Notes: generated by a model from the sequence alone, not told the origin. A DNA stretch of 32,000 nt from Halomicrobium mukohataei DSM 12286 (GCF_000023965.1 NC_013202.1:1110001-1142000), one strand, 5' to 3'; positions 8,014 to 16,731 are shown, numbered from the stretch's first letter. Numbers and translations: made by a program.

Positions 8014-8676
8014 ATGCTCAAGTTCGTCACGACCAACCCCGGGAAGGTCCACGAGGCCAGGGAGTACCTGGGCGCGGAGACGGTCGAGCAGTTCGACTTC
8101 GACTACACGGAGGTCCAGGGCGACGACCTCGCTGCCGTCGCCGCCCACGGCGCACGCGAGGCCTACCGGGCGGTCGGTGAACCCGTCATCGTCGACGACT
8201 CCGGTCTGTTCGTCGACGCGCTCGATGGGTTCCCCGGCCCGTACTCCTCGTACGTCGAAGACCGGCTCGGCATCGAGCGGGTCTGGCGACTCACCGAACC
8301 GGAAGACGACCACAGCGCCGCCTTCGAGACCGTCGTCGCCTACTGCGACGGCGACGGCTTCGAGGCCGCACCGAGCTCCGTCGATCACGACGACCGGCGC
8401 GGACACGACCTGGCCGCCGACGAGCGGGGCGGAGCGACCACCGACGCGCAGGTCGACGGTGAGACGCTCCCGGTGAAGCTGTTCCGGGGGCGCGTCCCCG
8501 GAACGATCGTCGCACCGCGAGGGGACGGCGGCTTCGGCTTCGACCCGATCTTCGAACACGACGGCGCGACCTTCGCCGAGATGGACACCGAGCGGAAAAA
8601 CGCTGTCAGCCACCGCGGCCGGGCGCTTTCGACCTTCGCCGAGTGGGTCGAGACGACGGGTCGGATCGATGACTAG
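8014..8676 (+). CDS. rdgB: non-canonical purine NTP pyrophosphatase (RdgB/HAM1, dITP/XTP pyrophosphatase)
   Basis: 220 aa with MLKFVTTNPGKVHEA, VDDSGLFVDALDGFPGPYSS, GFGFDPIF and KNAVSHRGRAL. It carries an acidic insertion of about 35-40 aa (DGDGFEAAP...DAQVDGE). The TATA-like GCTATTTT at 7984-7991 lies 23-30 nt upstream of the ATG. Confidence 0.9.
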   Translation: MLKFVTTNPGKVHEAREYLGAETVEQFDFDYTEVQGDDLAAVAAHGAREAYRAVGEPVIVDDSGLFVDALDGFPGPYSSYVEDRLGIERVWRLTEPEDDHSAAFETVVAYCDGDGFEAAPSSVDHDDRRGHDLAADERGGATTDAQVDGETLPVKLFRGRVPGTIVAPRGDGGFGFDPIFEHDGATFAEMDTERKNAVSHRGRALSTFAEWVETTGRIDD

Positions 8677-8933
8677 CGAGGGGCGACACGAGCGAAGCGA
8701 GTGTCGGCCCTCGCTGAATGCGAGCGGGAGCGAGGGGAGTGAGCGACACGCGAGCACGGAGCGAAGCGAGTGTCGGCCCTCGCTGAATGCGAGCGGGAGC
8801 GAGGGGAGTGAGCGACACGCGAGCACGGAGCGAAGCGAGTGTCGGCCCTCGCTGAATGCGAGCGGGAGCGAGGGGAGTGAGCGACACGCGAGCACGGAGC
8901 GAAGCGAGTGTCGGCCCTCGCTGAATGCGAGCG
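8676..8933. repeat. 69-bp perfect tandem direct repeat, about 3.7 copies
   Basis: The unit GCGAAGCGAGTGTCGGCCCTCGCTGAATGCGAGCGGGAGCGAGGGGAGTGAGCGACACGCGAGCACGGA starts at 8692, 8761 and 8830 (three identical full copies). There is a 35-nt partial copy from 8899 and a degenerate partial copy at 8676-8691. Each unit contains the hairpin AGCGAG-N8-CTCGCT. Confidence 0.9.
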
Positions 8934-8973
8934 AGGCGCGCCGCGCCTCGAAAGCGAATGGGGGGACAGTCTC

Positions 8974-9753
8974 ATGAGCGACAGCGAGGCAGCGGGGACG
9001 GCCCTGATCACGGGTGCCAGCGCCGGGATCGGTGCGGCACTGGCCCGGGAGTTCGCTCGCCACGGACACGACCTCGTCCTCGTGGCCCGCCGAGAGGACC
9101 GTCTCGAATCACTCGCGGCCGACCTCGAACGCCACGGCGTCACGGCTCACGTCGTCGCGATGGATCTGGCGGCGGACGACGCGCCCGATCAGCTGTGGGC
9201 GACGCTAGAGGACCGTGGCATCTCCGTCCAGACGCTCGTCAACAACGTCGGCGTCGGCACGCACGGCCCCTTCGCGGAGAGCGATCCCGACGCGGAGCGG
9301 AGACAGCTCCAGCTCAACGTCTCGGTGCTCGTCGAACTGACCCGCCGGTTTCTCGACGATCGGGACGCCGGGCAGGTCCTCAACGTCGGTTCGGTCGCGG
9401 GCTTCGTCCCCGGCGCGTACATGGCGGGCTACTACGCCAGCAAGGCCTACGTCAACAGCTTTTCCCAGGCGCTGGCGGCCGAGCACCGGGACAGCGCCCT
9501 CGACGTGACGGTGCTGTGTCCCGGCCCGACCGAGACGGAGTTCCAGGAGCGGGCGGGGATGGGCGACTCGGCGGTCGGTCGCACGCTCTGCTACACGCCC
9601 GAACGGGTGGCGCGGGCGGGATACCGGGGGCTCCAGCGCGGCGACCCCGTCGTCGTGCCGGGGCTGGCGATGACCGTCCTCGTGGGTCTGCTCTCGTTCG
9701 TCCCGCGCCCACTCCAGCGGTGGGGAAGCCGGCTCGTCAACGGGAATCGCTGA
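8974..9753 (+). CDS. SDR-family oxidoreductase (short-chain dehydrogenase/reductase)
   Basis: From ATG 8974 (MSDSEAAGTALITGASAGIG): the TGxxxGIG cofactor motif, NNVG, and the catalytic YYASKAY (YxxxK). The track start 8908 lies inside the tandem repeat/palindrome and is rejected. Confidence 0.9.
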   Translation: MSDSEAAGTALITGASAGIGAALAREFARHGHDLVLVARREDRLESLAADLERHGVTAHVVAMDLAADDAPDQLWATLEDRGISVQTLVNNVGVGTHGPFAESDPDAERRQLQLNVSVLVELTRRFLDDRDAGQVLNVGSVAGFVPGAYMAGYYASKAYVNSFSQALAAEHRDSALDVTVLCPGPTETEFQERAGMGDSAVGRTLCYTPERVARAGYRGLQRGDPVVVPGLAMTVLVGLLSFVPRPLQRWGSRLVNGNR

Positions 9754-9760
9754 CGGCGAC

Positions 9761-10228
9761 CTACGCCCGCGGGTCGCTGTCCGGTCCGGGGTAGTCGCCG
9801 TCGTGGGTCGCCTCGTACACCGCCGCGGGGTCGAACAGCCGGGCGAACGCGTCCGGCGGACGGACGCTGAGGTCGGCGTGGGGCTGGATCGAGAGTCCCG
9901 TTCTGGCCGACCGGAGCGTGTCGTCGTACGACAGCAGGTGCGTGGCCTCGCCGCGGTAGGCGGCGGCAAGCCCCGGGTGGTCGTCGGGCGGGTGCTCGAC
10001 GCAGTCACACGCCGTCGTCACGCGCTCGCGCCAGTCGGCGGCCAGCGAGGCGTCTGCGAGACCGGCGATCACCGCCTCGGCGTCGTCCAGCAGCGGGACG
10101 CTGGCGACCAGCGTCACCCAGTCGTGTCGGCGCACGTGATCGAGCGCGGCGCGGGCGTCCCCACCGACGAGGAGGTCCACGGCGAGTACGTCGGCGTCGG
10201 CCACGACTCGGGTCGACTCACCCGTCAC
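9761..10228 (-). CDS. PIN-domain-like protein (putative)
   Basis: 155 aa with GTG start. The spacing of acidic residues resembles PIN/VapC: N-terminal VVADADVLAVDLL, mid LLDDAEAVI, and HLLSYDDTL near residue 100. The assignment is from pattern only. Confidence 0.5.
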   Translation of the reverse strand: MTGESTRVVADADVLAVDLLVGGDARAALDHVRRHDWVTLVASVPLLDDAEAVIAGLADASLAADWRERVTTACDCVEHPPDDHPGLAAAYRGEATHLLSYDDTLRSARTGLSIQPHADLSVRPPDAFARLFDPAAVYEATHDGDYPGPDSDPRA

Positions 10229-10566
10229 GGCGTCGCTCCTCCAGTGCCGAACGCACGCTCTCGACGCTCGCCTCGTACTCCGTCGCTCGCTCGAAGAGTT
10301 CCTCCCAGGTCACGCCCGACGGGAGGGACGCACGCGAGAAAAACCCACGGACTACGCCGCCGTCGAACGCCCGTCTGACGGGTATTTATGTACGGCCGTC
10401 CTGACCCGTCGACACGGGCGCGCACACCGACTGTACATTCAGTCTCCCATCCTCCCGAGCGCGCCCGGACACCGCAACCCACCCCTCTCTTTGGTGCGCG
10501 AGCCGATGCGCTGACACCGGATCCCACAGAGACTTACGTCGGCCCCACGCAGTGGACGCCGAAGCG

Positions 10567-11181
10567 ATGAGCAACACCGCCACAGAGCAGACCAGACCGG
10601 GATTTCCGGGCGTCAGCGTCGTCGAGGCGCTCGGCGTCCTCGCCGTCTTGCTGGCGCTGCAGTTCCTCTACGCCGCGAGTGGCTTCGCCGACGGTGTCCT
10701 GACGATCGCCCACCGGATCGCCTACATCATGACGACCGCGCTGGCCTGTACCTGGACGCTGCGACTCCACGACGGCTTCTCGCTGAAGTTCATGGGCGTC
10801 ACGGTCGGCCTCGTCGCGGGCGGGATCGTCTCGATCGTCGCGTTCGCGACCGCACCGCCCCTGGCCGTGACCGCCGCCGCGATCGCCGTGCCGGTGGTCT
10901 TCGGGATTGTGGTCCGTCTCACCGACGCGCTCCCCAACTGGACGGGGACGCACACGACCCTCTTGCTGGTCGTGCTCGGCACGACGGCGATGTTCGTCGC
11001 GGCCGCCCCTCGCGATGTCGGCTCGCTCGCGTCCGTCGGTTTCGGGATCGAGATCGTCCCCGTCACCGACGGCCTGTCCAGCCGGCTCGAAATCGTTCGG
11101 GACGGCGTGACCAGCGTCGTCCACGCGCCGCTCGCCGCCGTGGGTGCCGGGCTGTACGTCCTCGGTCGCGTGTTCGAGTGA
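10567..11181 (+). CDS. polytopic membrane protein, unknown function
   Basis: About 5-6 hydrophobic helices (VVEALGVLAVLLALQFLY, IAYIMTTALACTW, VGLVAGGIVSIVAFA, AAAIAVPVVFGIVV, LLLVVLGTTAMFVAAA). ATG 10567 (MSNTATE) is preferred over GTG 10552. Antisense ORFs 10534..11184 and 10722..11576 are R/D- or S/T/R-rich artefacts. Confidence 0.7.
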   Translation: MSNTATEQTRPGFPGVSVVEALGVLAVLLALQFLYAASGFADGVLTIAHRIAYIMTTALACTWTLRLHDGFSLKFMGVTVGLVAGGIVSIVAFATAPPLAVTAAAIAVPVVFGIVVRLTDALPNWTGTHTTLLLVVLGTTAMFVAAAPRDVGSLASVGFGIEIVPVTDGLSSRLEIVRDGVTSVVHAPLAAVGAGLYVLGRVFE

Positions 11182-11250
11182 CACGTAGCGAGCGGAAGCC
11201 CACCCTGAACGGGTGGGTCAGAGCGACAGCATGGCCATCCAGTCAACGCG

Positions 11251-11862
11251 CTACTCCTCCGGGTACTTCGGCTCTCGGCGTTCTGCCCGTTCGAGCCCGC
11301 GTTCGACGACCGCTCGAACGTCGCCCTCGAAGACGCTGCCGTGACCGGCGTACATCGCCGTAACCGACTCGGGGAGCCGGTCGAGGAGGGCCCGAATCGA
11401 CTCGACGAGGCGATCGCGAGACTGGTCGGGAGCGTCGGTCCGGCCGAAACTACCGTCGTCGAACGCGCCGTCGTCGTGGACGACCACGTCGCCGGAGAAC
11501 AGCGCCGTCTCGGAGACCAGCGAGACGTGGTCGTCGGCGTGGCCCGGCGTGTACACGACCGTACAGTCGTGGTCACCGACGGTGACGGTGTCTCCGTCGG
11601 CGAGTGCGTGGTCTCGTCGCGGGTGGTCGCCGTAGGCGTACAACTCGGCGTCGAACGCGTCGAGGACGGAGGCCAGCTCCGCGACGTGGTCGCCGTGCTG
11701 GTGGGTCAGGACGACGCGATCGAGTTCGTCGACGTGGTCTCTGATCGCGTCCACGACGCCGACGTACGCACCGGCGTCGACCAGCGTCGTCTGTTCGCCC
11801 GTGACCAGATAGGCGTTGCAGGTGAACGTCTCCGCGCCGTCGGTGACGGTGTAGACTGCCAT
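11251..11862 (-). CDS. MBL-fold metallo-hydrolase
   Basis: 203 aa with the THQHGDH metal-binding motif, the later TPGHADDH, and C-terminal GHG. Confidence 0.9.
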   Translation of the reverse strand: MAVYTVTDGAETFTCNAYLVTGEQTTLVDAGAYVGVVDAIRDHVDELDRVVLTHQHGDHVAELASVLDAFDAELYAYGDHPRRDHALADGDTVTVGDHDCTVVYTPGHADDHVSLVSETALFSGDVVVHDDGAFDDGSFGRTDAPDQSRDRLVESIRALLDRLPESVTAMYAGHGSVFEGDVRAVVERGLERAERREPKYPEE

Positions 11863-12043
11863 CGTTCCCGATAGGGGTGGCTCGTGTTTCAGACTGCCGA
11901 CTGTCCGGCCGTGAGAGACGCCACATCCGAGGTGGTGACGGCCGTGTCACTGCGCAGTCCTGTTTTCTCAGTGTCGTGTACTGCGACGGTAGCGGCAAAA
12001 CCGCCGAGCGATTTATCACGGGGAATCTATAATGGTTACGTGT

Positions 12044-12226
12044 ATGGGGTTTGGGAGCTACGACGAATCCGAACAAGACAATCAGGAGTACGACACAGAG
12101 TACGACGACGAGGATGGACTGTCCACCTCGGAAAACGAGCACGACGGTGACGTGGAGTTCGAGTTTACGGCCTCGAACGACGAACTACTGGATCGGCTCG
12201 ACGACATCAAAGGCGAGAACACGTAA
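12044..12226 (+). CDS. small highly acidic protein (DUF5786-like)
   Basis: MGFGSYDESEQDNQEYDTEYDDEDG...ELLDRLDDIKGENT, a conserved-looking haloarchaeal small acidic protein. ATG 12044 is preferred over 12032. The TATA-like GATTTATCA lies about 30 nt upstream. Confidence 0.65.
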   Translation: MGFGSYDESEQDNQEYDTEYDDEDGLSTSENEHDGDVEFEFTASNDELLDRLDDIKGENT

Positions 12227-12265
12227 TCGAAACCGCCAGACTGCGGGCTCGGGAGTAGTTTCGAG

Positions 12266-12826
12266 ATGAAAGCCGGCGTCCGCGCGCTGGGCGTCGCAGA
12301 GTCGTATCGAGGGTCGACGAGCACGCTGGCCGGCGTCGTCGTTCGCGCCAGCCGGGTCGTCGACGGATTCGTTTTCGGCAGTTGCACGGTCGGTGGCAGC
12401 GACGCGACCGCCGAGATCGCCGACATGGTCGATCGGCTCGGCCGCGAGGACGTTCGGTACCTGCTGGTCTCTGGCATCGCGCCCGCGTGGTTCAACGTCG
12501 TCGATCTCGCCGAACTTCACGACGCCACCGGACTCCCGGTCTGTTCGATCACCTACGAGGAGAGCGAGGGGCTCGAATCGGCGATCCGGGACGCGTTCGA
12601 CGATTCCGCGGTCGTGGACGATCGGCTGTCGACCTATCGAGCCCAGCCAGAGCGCCGTCCGGTCTCGGTCGCCGACGGAACGGTGTACGTCCGGAGTGTC
12701 GGCATCGACGTGGACCGGGCCGGCGAGGTCGTTCGCGCGTTCACGCCCGAGGGGGGACGGCCGGAACCGCTCCGGGTAGCGCGGCTGGCCGCCAGCGCTG
12801 CCGACGCCGCTGACCGAGAGCAGTAA
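12266..12826 (+). CDS. DUF99/UPF0215 family protein (endonuclease V-fold)
   Basis: 186 aa: MKAGVRALGVAESY...LAGVVVRASRVVDGF.. and YLLVSGIAPAWFNVVDL match my recollection of archaeal DUF99 proteins. Confidence 0.8.
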   Translation: MKAGVRALGVAESYRGSTSTLAGVVVRASRVVDGFVFGSCTVGGSDATAEIADMVDRLGREDVRYLLVSGIAPAWFNVVDLAELHDATGLPVCSITYEESEGLESAIRDAFDDSAVVDDRLSTYRAQPERRPVSVADGTVYVRSVGIDVDRAGEVVRAFTPEGGRPEPLRVARLAASAADAADREQ

Positions 12827-12831
12827 GCCGA

Positions 12832-13488
12832 CTACGTGCCCTTGAGCGACGTTCGCACGTCGTCGAGCGTCCCGGGACTGGCCATGACTGCGACGGTGTC
12901 GCCGGCAGCCAGCTTCGTCCGTGGGAGCGGGATCGTCATCGGTTCGCGGTCGCTCCCGTGCGCGTAGATCCGCGCGTCGCCGGGGAGATCGAGCGCAACG
13001 ACGCGCTCGCCGACGACGGGCGATCCGTCGGGGACGGTGACGCTGGCGACCGAGAGCTGTTCGGTGAGGTCTGCCAGGACGTTGAAGTCCCCGCCCAGCA
13101 GCGCGGTCTTGGCACCCGCCGCACCGAGTCGCTCGGGGTAGACGATCTCGTCGACGTCGGCGGCGTACTTCTCGTAGATTTCCTCGCGGTAGTCGGCGTC
13201 GATCCGGAGGACGGTCCGACAGCCGTGTTCCTTGCCGATCATGCAGGCCGCGAAGTTGGTGTTGAGGTCGCCGGTCAGCCCCGCGATGGCGTCGGCGTCG
13301 TCCAGCTCCGCCTCTTCGAGGACGGACTCGTCGTTGCCGTCGCCTCGGACCGTCTCGAACCCCTCCTCAGCGCTCCGATCGGCCTTGTCGAGGTCGTTCT
13401 CGACGATGACGACGGCGTGGCCCTCGCTGTCCAGGATGCGTGCCGTCCGCGTCCCGACCCGACCGTAGCCGACGATGACGAACTTCAT
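12832..13488 (-). CDS. trkA: potassium uptake protein TrkA (NAD-binding RCK protein)
   Basis: From ATG 13488: MKFVIVGYGRVGTRTA (GxGxxG Rossmann, TrkA-N) plus a C-terminal TrkA-C-like domain (VASVTVPDGSPVVGERVVALDLP). Confidence 0.9.
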   Translation of the reverse strand: MKFVIVGYGRVGTRTARILDSEGHAVVIVENDLDKADRSAEEGFETVRGDGNDESVLEEAELDDADAIAGLTGDLNTNFAACMIGKEHGCRTVLRIDADYREEIYEKYAADVDEIVYPERLGAAGAKTALLGGDFNVLADLTEQLSVASVTVPDGSPVVGERVVALDLPGDARIYAHGSDREPMTIPLPRTKLAAGDTVAVMASPGTLDDVRTSLKGT

Positions 13489-13768
13489 ACCGCGTGGTAC
13501 GTCACCATCCCACAAAATGCTGCCGCCCGATCGGTCGGCGACTGGGTTCGACGGACGTGAGCTAATCCCACGTCACGAACCCCCTCGTTTCGGCTAGAGA
13601 TCGACCCCCGTCTTGCGGTTCTTCTGGACCACGTTCACTTTCACCGCGGTGCGTCAGACGCGCGAAAGACGCAGGATATCGGCGGGTTCGAGGGGAAACG
13701 GAGGGGTCGTGGTGAGTGTTCTCACCCCGTTGCGGGGGCCGGTCTCGAACGGCGGGCGTCGCCGTGAG

Positions 13769-14818
13769 TCACTCGTCCATCAGGCCGCCCTCTTCGACGC
13801 GCATGACCGCTTCGCCGTCCGGGAGGTTCGGCGCGTCGACGAGCTTGACGATTCGCTTGTTCCCTTTAGACTTCCGGAGGTAGATGCGGAACGTCGACGT
13901 GTGGCCCAGAATGTTCCCGCCGATGGGCTGGGTCGGGTCGCCGAAGAAGGAGTCGGGGTTGGCTGCGACCTGATTGGTGACGACGACGGCGGTGTTGTTG
14001 AGGTCGCCGACGCGCATCAGGTCGTGGAGGTGCTTGTTGAGCTTCTGCTGGCGGTCGGCCAGTTCGCCACGACCGACGTACTCGGCGCGGAAGTGGGCGG
14101 TCAGCGAGTCGACACAGAGCAGGCGGACCGGAAAGTCGTCGTCCTGACTCTCGCTGGCGATCTCCTGGGCCTTCTCTGCCAGCAGGATCTGGTGGTTGGA
14201 GTTGAACGCCTTCGCGACGTGGATCTTGTCGAGGACGGACTCGACGAGCGCTTCCAGCAGTTCCTCGTCGCCCGCGTCGGCGTCGCCCGCTTCCTCGACG
14301 ATGCCGTGAAGCACCATCGTGTCTTCGAGAACGTCGTCGTCGAGGCCGCGGACCATCTGATCGATCCGCTCGGGGCGGAACGTGTCCTCGGAGTCGACGA
14401 AGATCGCGCTCCCCTCCAGACCGCCGTGTTCGGCCGGTAGCTGGACGGTCACCGAGATCTGGTGGGTGACCTGGGACTTGCCGGCCCCGAACTCGCCGTA
14501 CACCTCGGTGATCGACTGGGTCTCGATGCCACCGCCCAGCAGGTCGTCGACCTCCGAGACCGACCAGGTGAGCTTCCCGATCTGTTCGCGACGCTCCAGA
14601 ACGGTCGCGCCGGTCTCGAACCCGCCGATGTCGGCGGCCTCTCGGGCGGCCTGGATGATGTCGGCCGCCGACGACTCGCCGATGTCGGCCGTGTTCGACA
14701 ACTCGCCGGGGGAGGCGACGGCGATTCCCTGATAGCCGTCGAAGCCGTTGTCCTTGAGCTTCTCCGCTGTGGCCGGACCGACGCCCGGCAGCTCTTCGAG
14801 GTCCTCTGATGTGGACAT
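13769..14818 (-). CDS. radA: DNA repair and recombination protein RadA
   Basis: 349 aa with an N-terminal HhH ([15 protein letters not shown]), Walker A GEFGAGKS and Walker B LLCVDSL. This is the typical archaeal RadA with a haloarchaeal acidic insertion. Confidence 0.97.
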   Translation of the reverse strand: MSTSEDLEELPGVGPATAEKLKDNGFDGYQGIAVASPGELSNTADIGESSAADIIQAAREAADIGGFETGATVLERREQIGKLTWSVSEVDDLLGGGIETQSITEVYGEFGAGKSQVTHQISVTVQLPAEHGGLEGSAIFVDSEDTFRPERIDQMVRGLDDDVLEDTMVLHGIVEEAGDADAGDEELLEALVESVLDKIHVAKAFNSNHQILLAEKAQEIASESQDDDFPVRLLCVDSLTAHFRAEYVGRGELADRQQKLNKHLHDLMRVGDLNNTAVVVTNQVAANPDSFFGDPTQPIGGNILGHTSTFRIYLRKSKGNKRIVKLVDAPNLPDGEAVMRVEEGGLMDE

Positions 14819-14841
14819 ACACGTGGCTTGTGCGTCGGGGG

Positions 14842-14848
14842 TAATAAA
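14842..14848 (-). promoter_or_regulatory. putative TATA box of radA
   Basis: The minus strand reads TTTATTA 24-30 nt upstream of the radA ATG (14818). This is consistent with a leaderless or near-leaderless haloarchaeal mRNA. Confidence 0.4.
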
Positions 14849-14865
14849 CCTCCGTTAACAGTAGA

Positions 14866-14880
14866 GTGAAAGTGAAAGTG
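14866..14880. promoter_or_regulatory. direct repeat GTGAAA-GTGAAA-GTG upstream of the radA TATA box
   Basis: 2.5 tandem copies of GTGAAA lie about 18 nt upstream of the putative TATA. An inverted 11-nt copy (GTGAAAGTGAA) occurs at 13633-13643, downstream of radA. Confidence 0.3.
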
Positions 14881-15000
14881 GCCGCCAGCGAGGGGACACT
14901 CGCCAGTCGATGCGAACGTTCAAACGAGAGGAGCGGCCCGTCGTCGGAAACGGACGGTGAACGGAGAGTCGACCGGATGGCAGGAGAGCCGACCGGACGG

Positions 15001-16731
15001 CTACAGCGGCGCGTGCGTCGCGGTCCCCGCGACGAGGACCAGCGCCACGAGCAGACTGTTGACGAACGCGCCGACCCAGACGCGACCGGTCCGCCGGAAG
15101 AAGTACGTGGAGACGGCGGTGACGATCGAGAGCAGGGCGACGAACTGGAGGGCGACGATCGTCAGGAGCGGCTGGCCGAAGGGTGAAGGACTACCGGCCA
15201 GCAGGACGCCGTACTGTACCGCGAGGAGCAGGACGAACCCGCCGACGACGGCGATCCAGTTGTGGGCCAGCGCCTCCCGGAAGGAGCGGTCGCCGGTTCG
15301 GAGCTGGCCGTGCAGTAGCAGCTCCAGTGCGAGGAAAAACAGCGTCAACGGCACCAGGTACACCAGCGCGATCCGGAACTGCGTGAGCGTCGGGAGCTTC
15401 ATCGCGAACACCCAGAAGCGGAAGTCGGTGCCAAAGAGGTAGCCCACGGCCCCGAGCGTGCCGAGGAAGCCACCGACGATCGTCGCCGCCGCGACGGCCG
15501 AACGGGCGACCGTTCGCCAGCCGTCCGTGTCGAACCCGTAGCGCGCGAGCGAGTCACGGTCCGACCGATAGTGCCACGCGCCGACCAGCCCGGCGACGAT
15601 CAGGCCGTTCCCCAGGGCCCACACCATCACGCCGTTGGTGATCTGCTGGGGGAACAGCCAGCTGATCGGGACGAACCCCTGGCCGACGAGGTTCAGCGGG
15701 AAGTAGGTCACCACCGGGACGAGTGCGGCCACCGCGACCGCGCCGTACCAGCTTCGCCCCTCGACGCCGGCCGGCTCGGGTACCGTCCGGCGGAGATCCG
15801 AGAAGCGCCGGTCCGAGAGGACCATCGCTCCGAAGGGGAACAGGAAGAGGACCCCGCCGAGCAGCGAGGCCAGCGTTCCCAGCTCTTTGAGCCACCAGAT
15901 CTGGTTGCCCGGCGGTAGTTCGTCCTCGCCGTCCAGCGTCACCTGCATCCACTCGACCGCGTCGCCGACGGCGGTCGTCGAGAGGTGGTCGCCGGGGTGG
16001 GTCGTCGACGGAGTGTACAGACGGCGAGCGGTTCCGTCTTCGAGACTCCCGTAGGTCCGTCCCTCCTCGACGGGTTCGTCAGTGCCGAACAGCGTCTGGA
16101 GCTTCTCGCTTCGCTCGACGTTCGACGCGTGGGGCACACCCCACATCAGCATCGAGAACTCGTCGTACTCGCTGAAGACGACGGCCGTGTTGCGCGGGAA
16201 GGTCGCGTTGCCGTCGGCGACCCCCGAGTTCCCCGTCGAAGAGCCGACCAGCGCGACCGACTCGTAGCCGTCCCGGTCGCTCTGGGCCGCTGCGACGCTG
16301 GCCCAACCGCCCATCGAGTGCCCTTCGAGCCCGACGTTGTCGTCGTCGACGAACGCCAGCGACCGCATATACGACAGGGCCGGTGGGCCGCCGAAACCGT
16401 TCCCGAACGCTGGGGGATCGGAGTGGCCGTGACCGGCCTGATCGATCGCCAGGACGACGAACCCGCGACGCGCGAACTCGATGGCGAACGGGGACTGTGT
16501 CTCGCGGGTGTTGATGTAGCCGTGGGTCGCGACGACCCCCGGGCTGGGATCGTCGGCACTAGCACCGGGCGGGACGTACAGGGTCCCGTGGATCATCTGT
16601 CCGTCCGGAGCGGCAAAGCGCACGTCTCTGGTCTCGACGCTTCCGCCGTCGGTCTGGACCAGGTACGCGACCGTACCGCCACCGAACACGAGCAGGAGTG
16701 CGATGAACAGGACTGTCGTCTTTCGTGTCAT
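15001..16731 (-). CDS. alpha/beta-hydrolase fused to a polytopic membrane domain
   Basis: From ATG 16731 (MTRKTTVLFIALLLVFGGG, signal anchor): hydrolase core with the nucleophile elbow GHSMGG, then about 8 predicted TM helices over the C-terminal ~270 aa. The first 131 codons of track ORF 15001..17124 are Ser/Arg/Pro-rich and rejected. Confidence 0.8.
   Translation of the reverse strand: MTRKTTVLFIALLLVFGGGTVAYLVQTDGGSVETRDVRFAAPDGQMIHGTLYVPPGASADDPSPGVVATHGYINTRETQSPFAIEFARRGFVVLAIDQAGHGHSDPPAFGNGFGGPPALSYMRSLAFVDDDNVGLEGHSMGGWASVAAAQSDRDGYESVALVGSSTGNSGVADGNATFPRNTAVVFSEYDEFSMLMWGVPHASNVERSEKLQTLFGTDEPVEEGRTYGSLEDGTARRLYTPSTTHPGDHLSTTAVGDAVEWMQVTLDGEDELPPGNQIWWLKELGTLASLLGGVLFLFPFGAMVLSDRRFSDLRRTVPEPAGVEGRSWYGAVAVAALVPVVTYFPLNLVGQGFVPISWLFPQQITNGVMVWALGNGLIVAGLVGAWHYRSDRDSLARYGFDTDGWRTVARSAVAAATIVGGFLGTLGAVGYLFGTDFRFWVFAMKLPTLTQFRIALVYLVPLTLFFLALELLLHGQLRTGDRSFREALAHNWIAVVGGFVLLLAVQYGVLLAGSPSPFGQPLLTIVALQFVALLSIVTAVSTYFFRRTGRVWVGAFVNSLLVALVLVAGTATHAPL

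Noticed and set aside
8676-8933. CRISPR array interpretation of the 69-bp repeats.
   Set aside because: The copies abut one another with no unique spacers, since the whole 69-nt period is identical. There is no leader-like AT-rich flank and no cas genes in the window. It is a plain tandem repeat.
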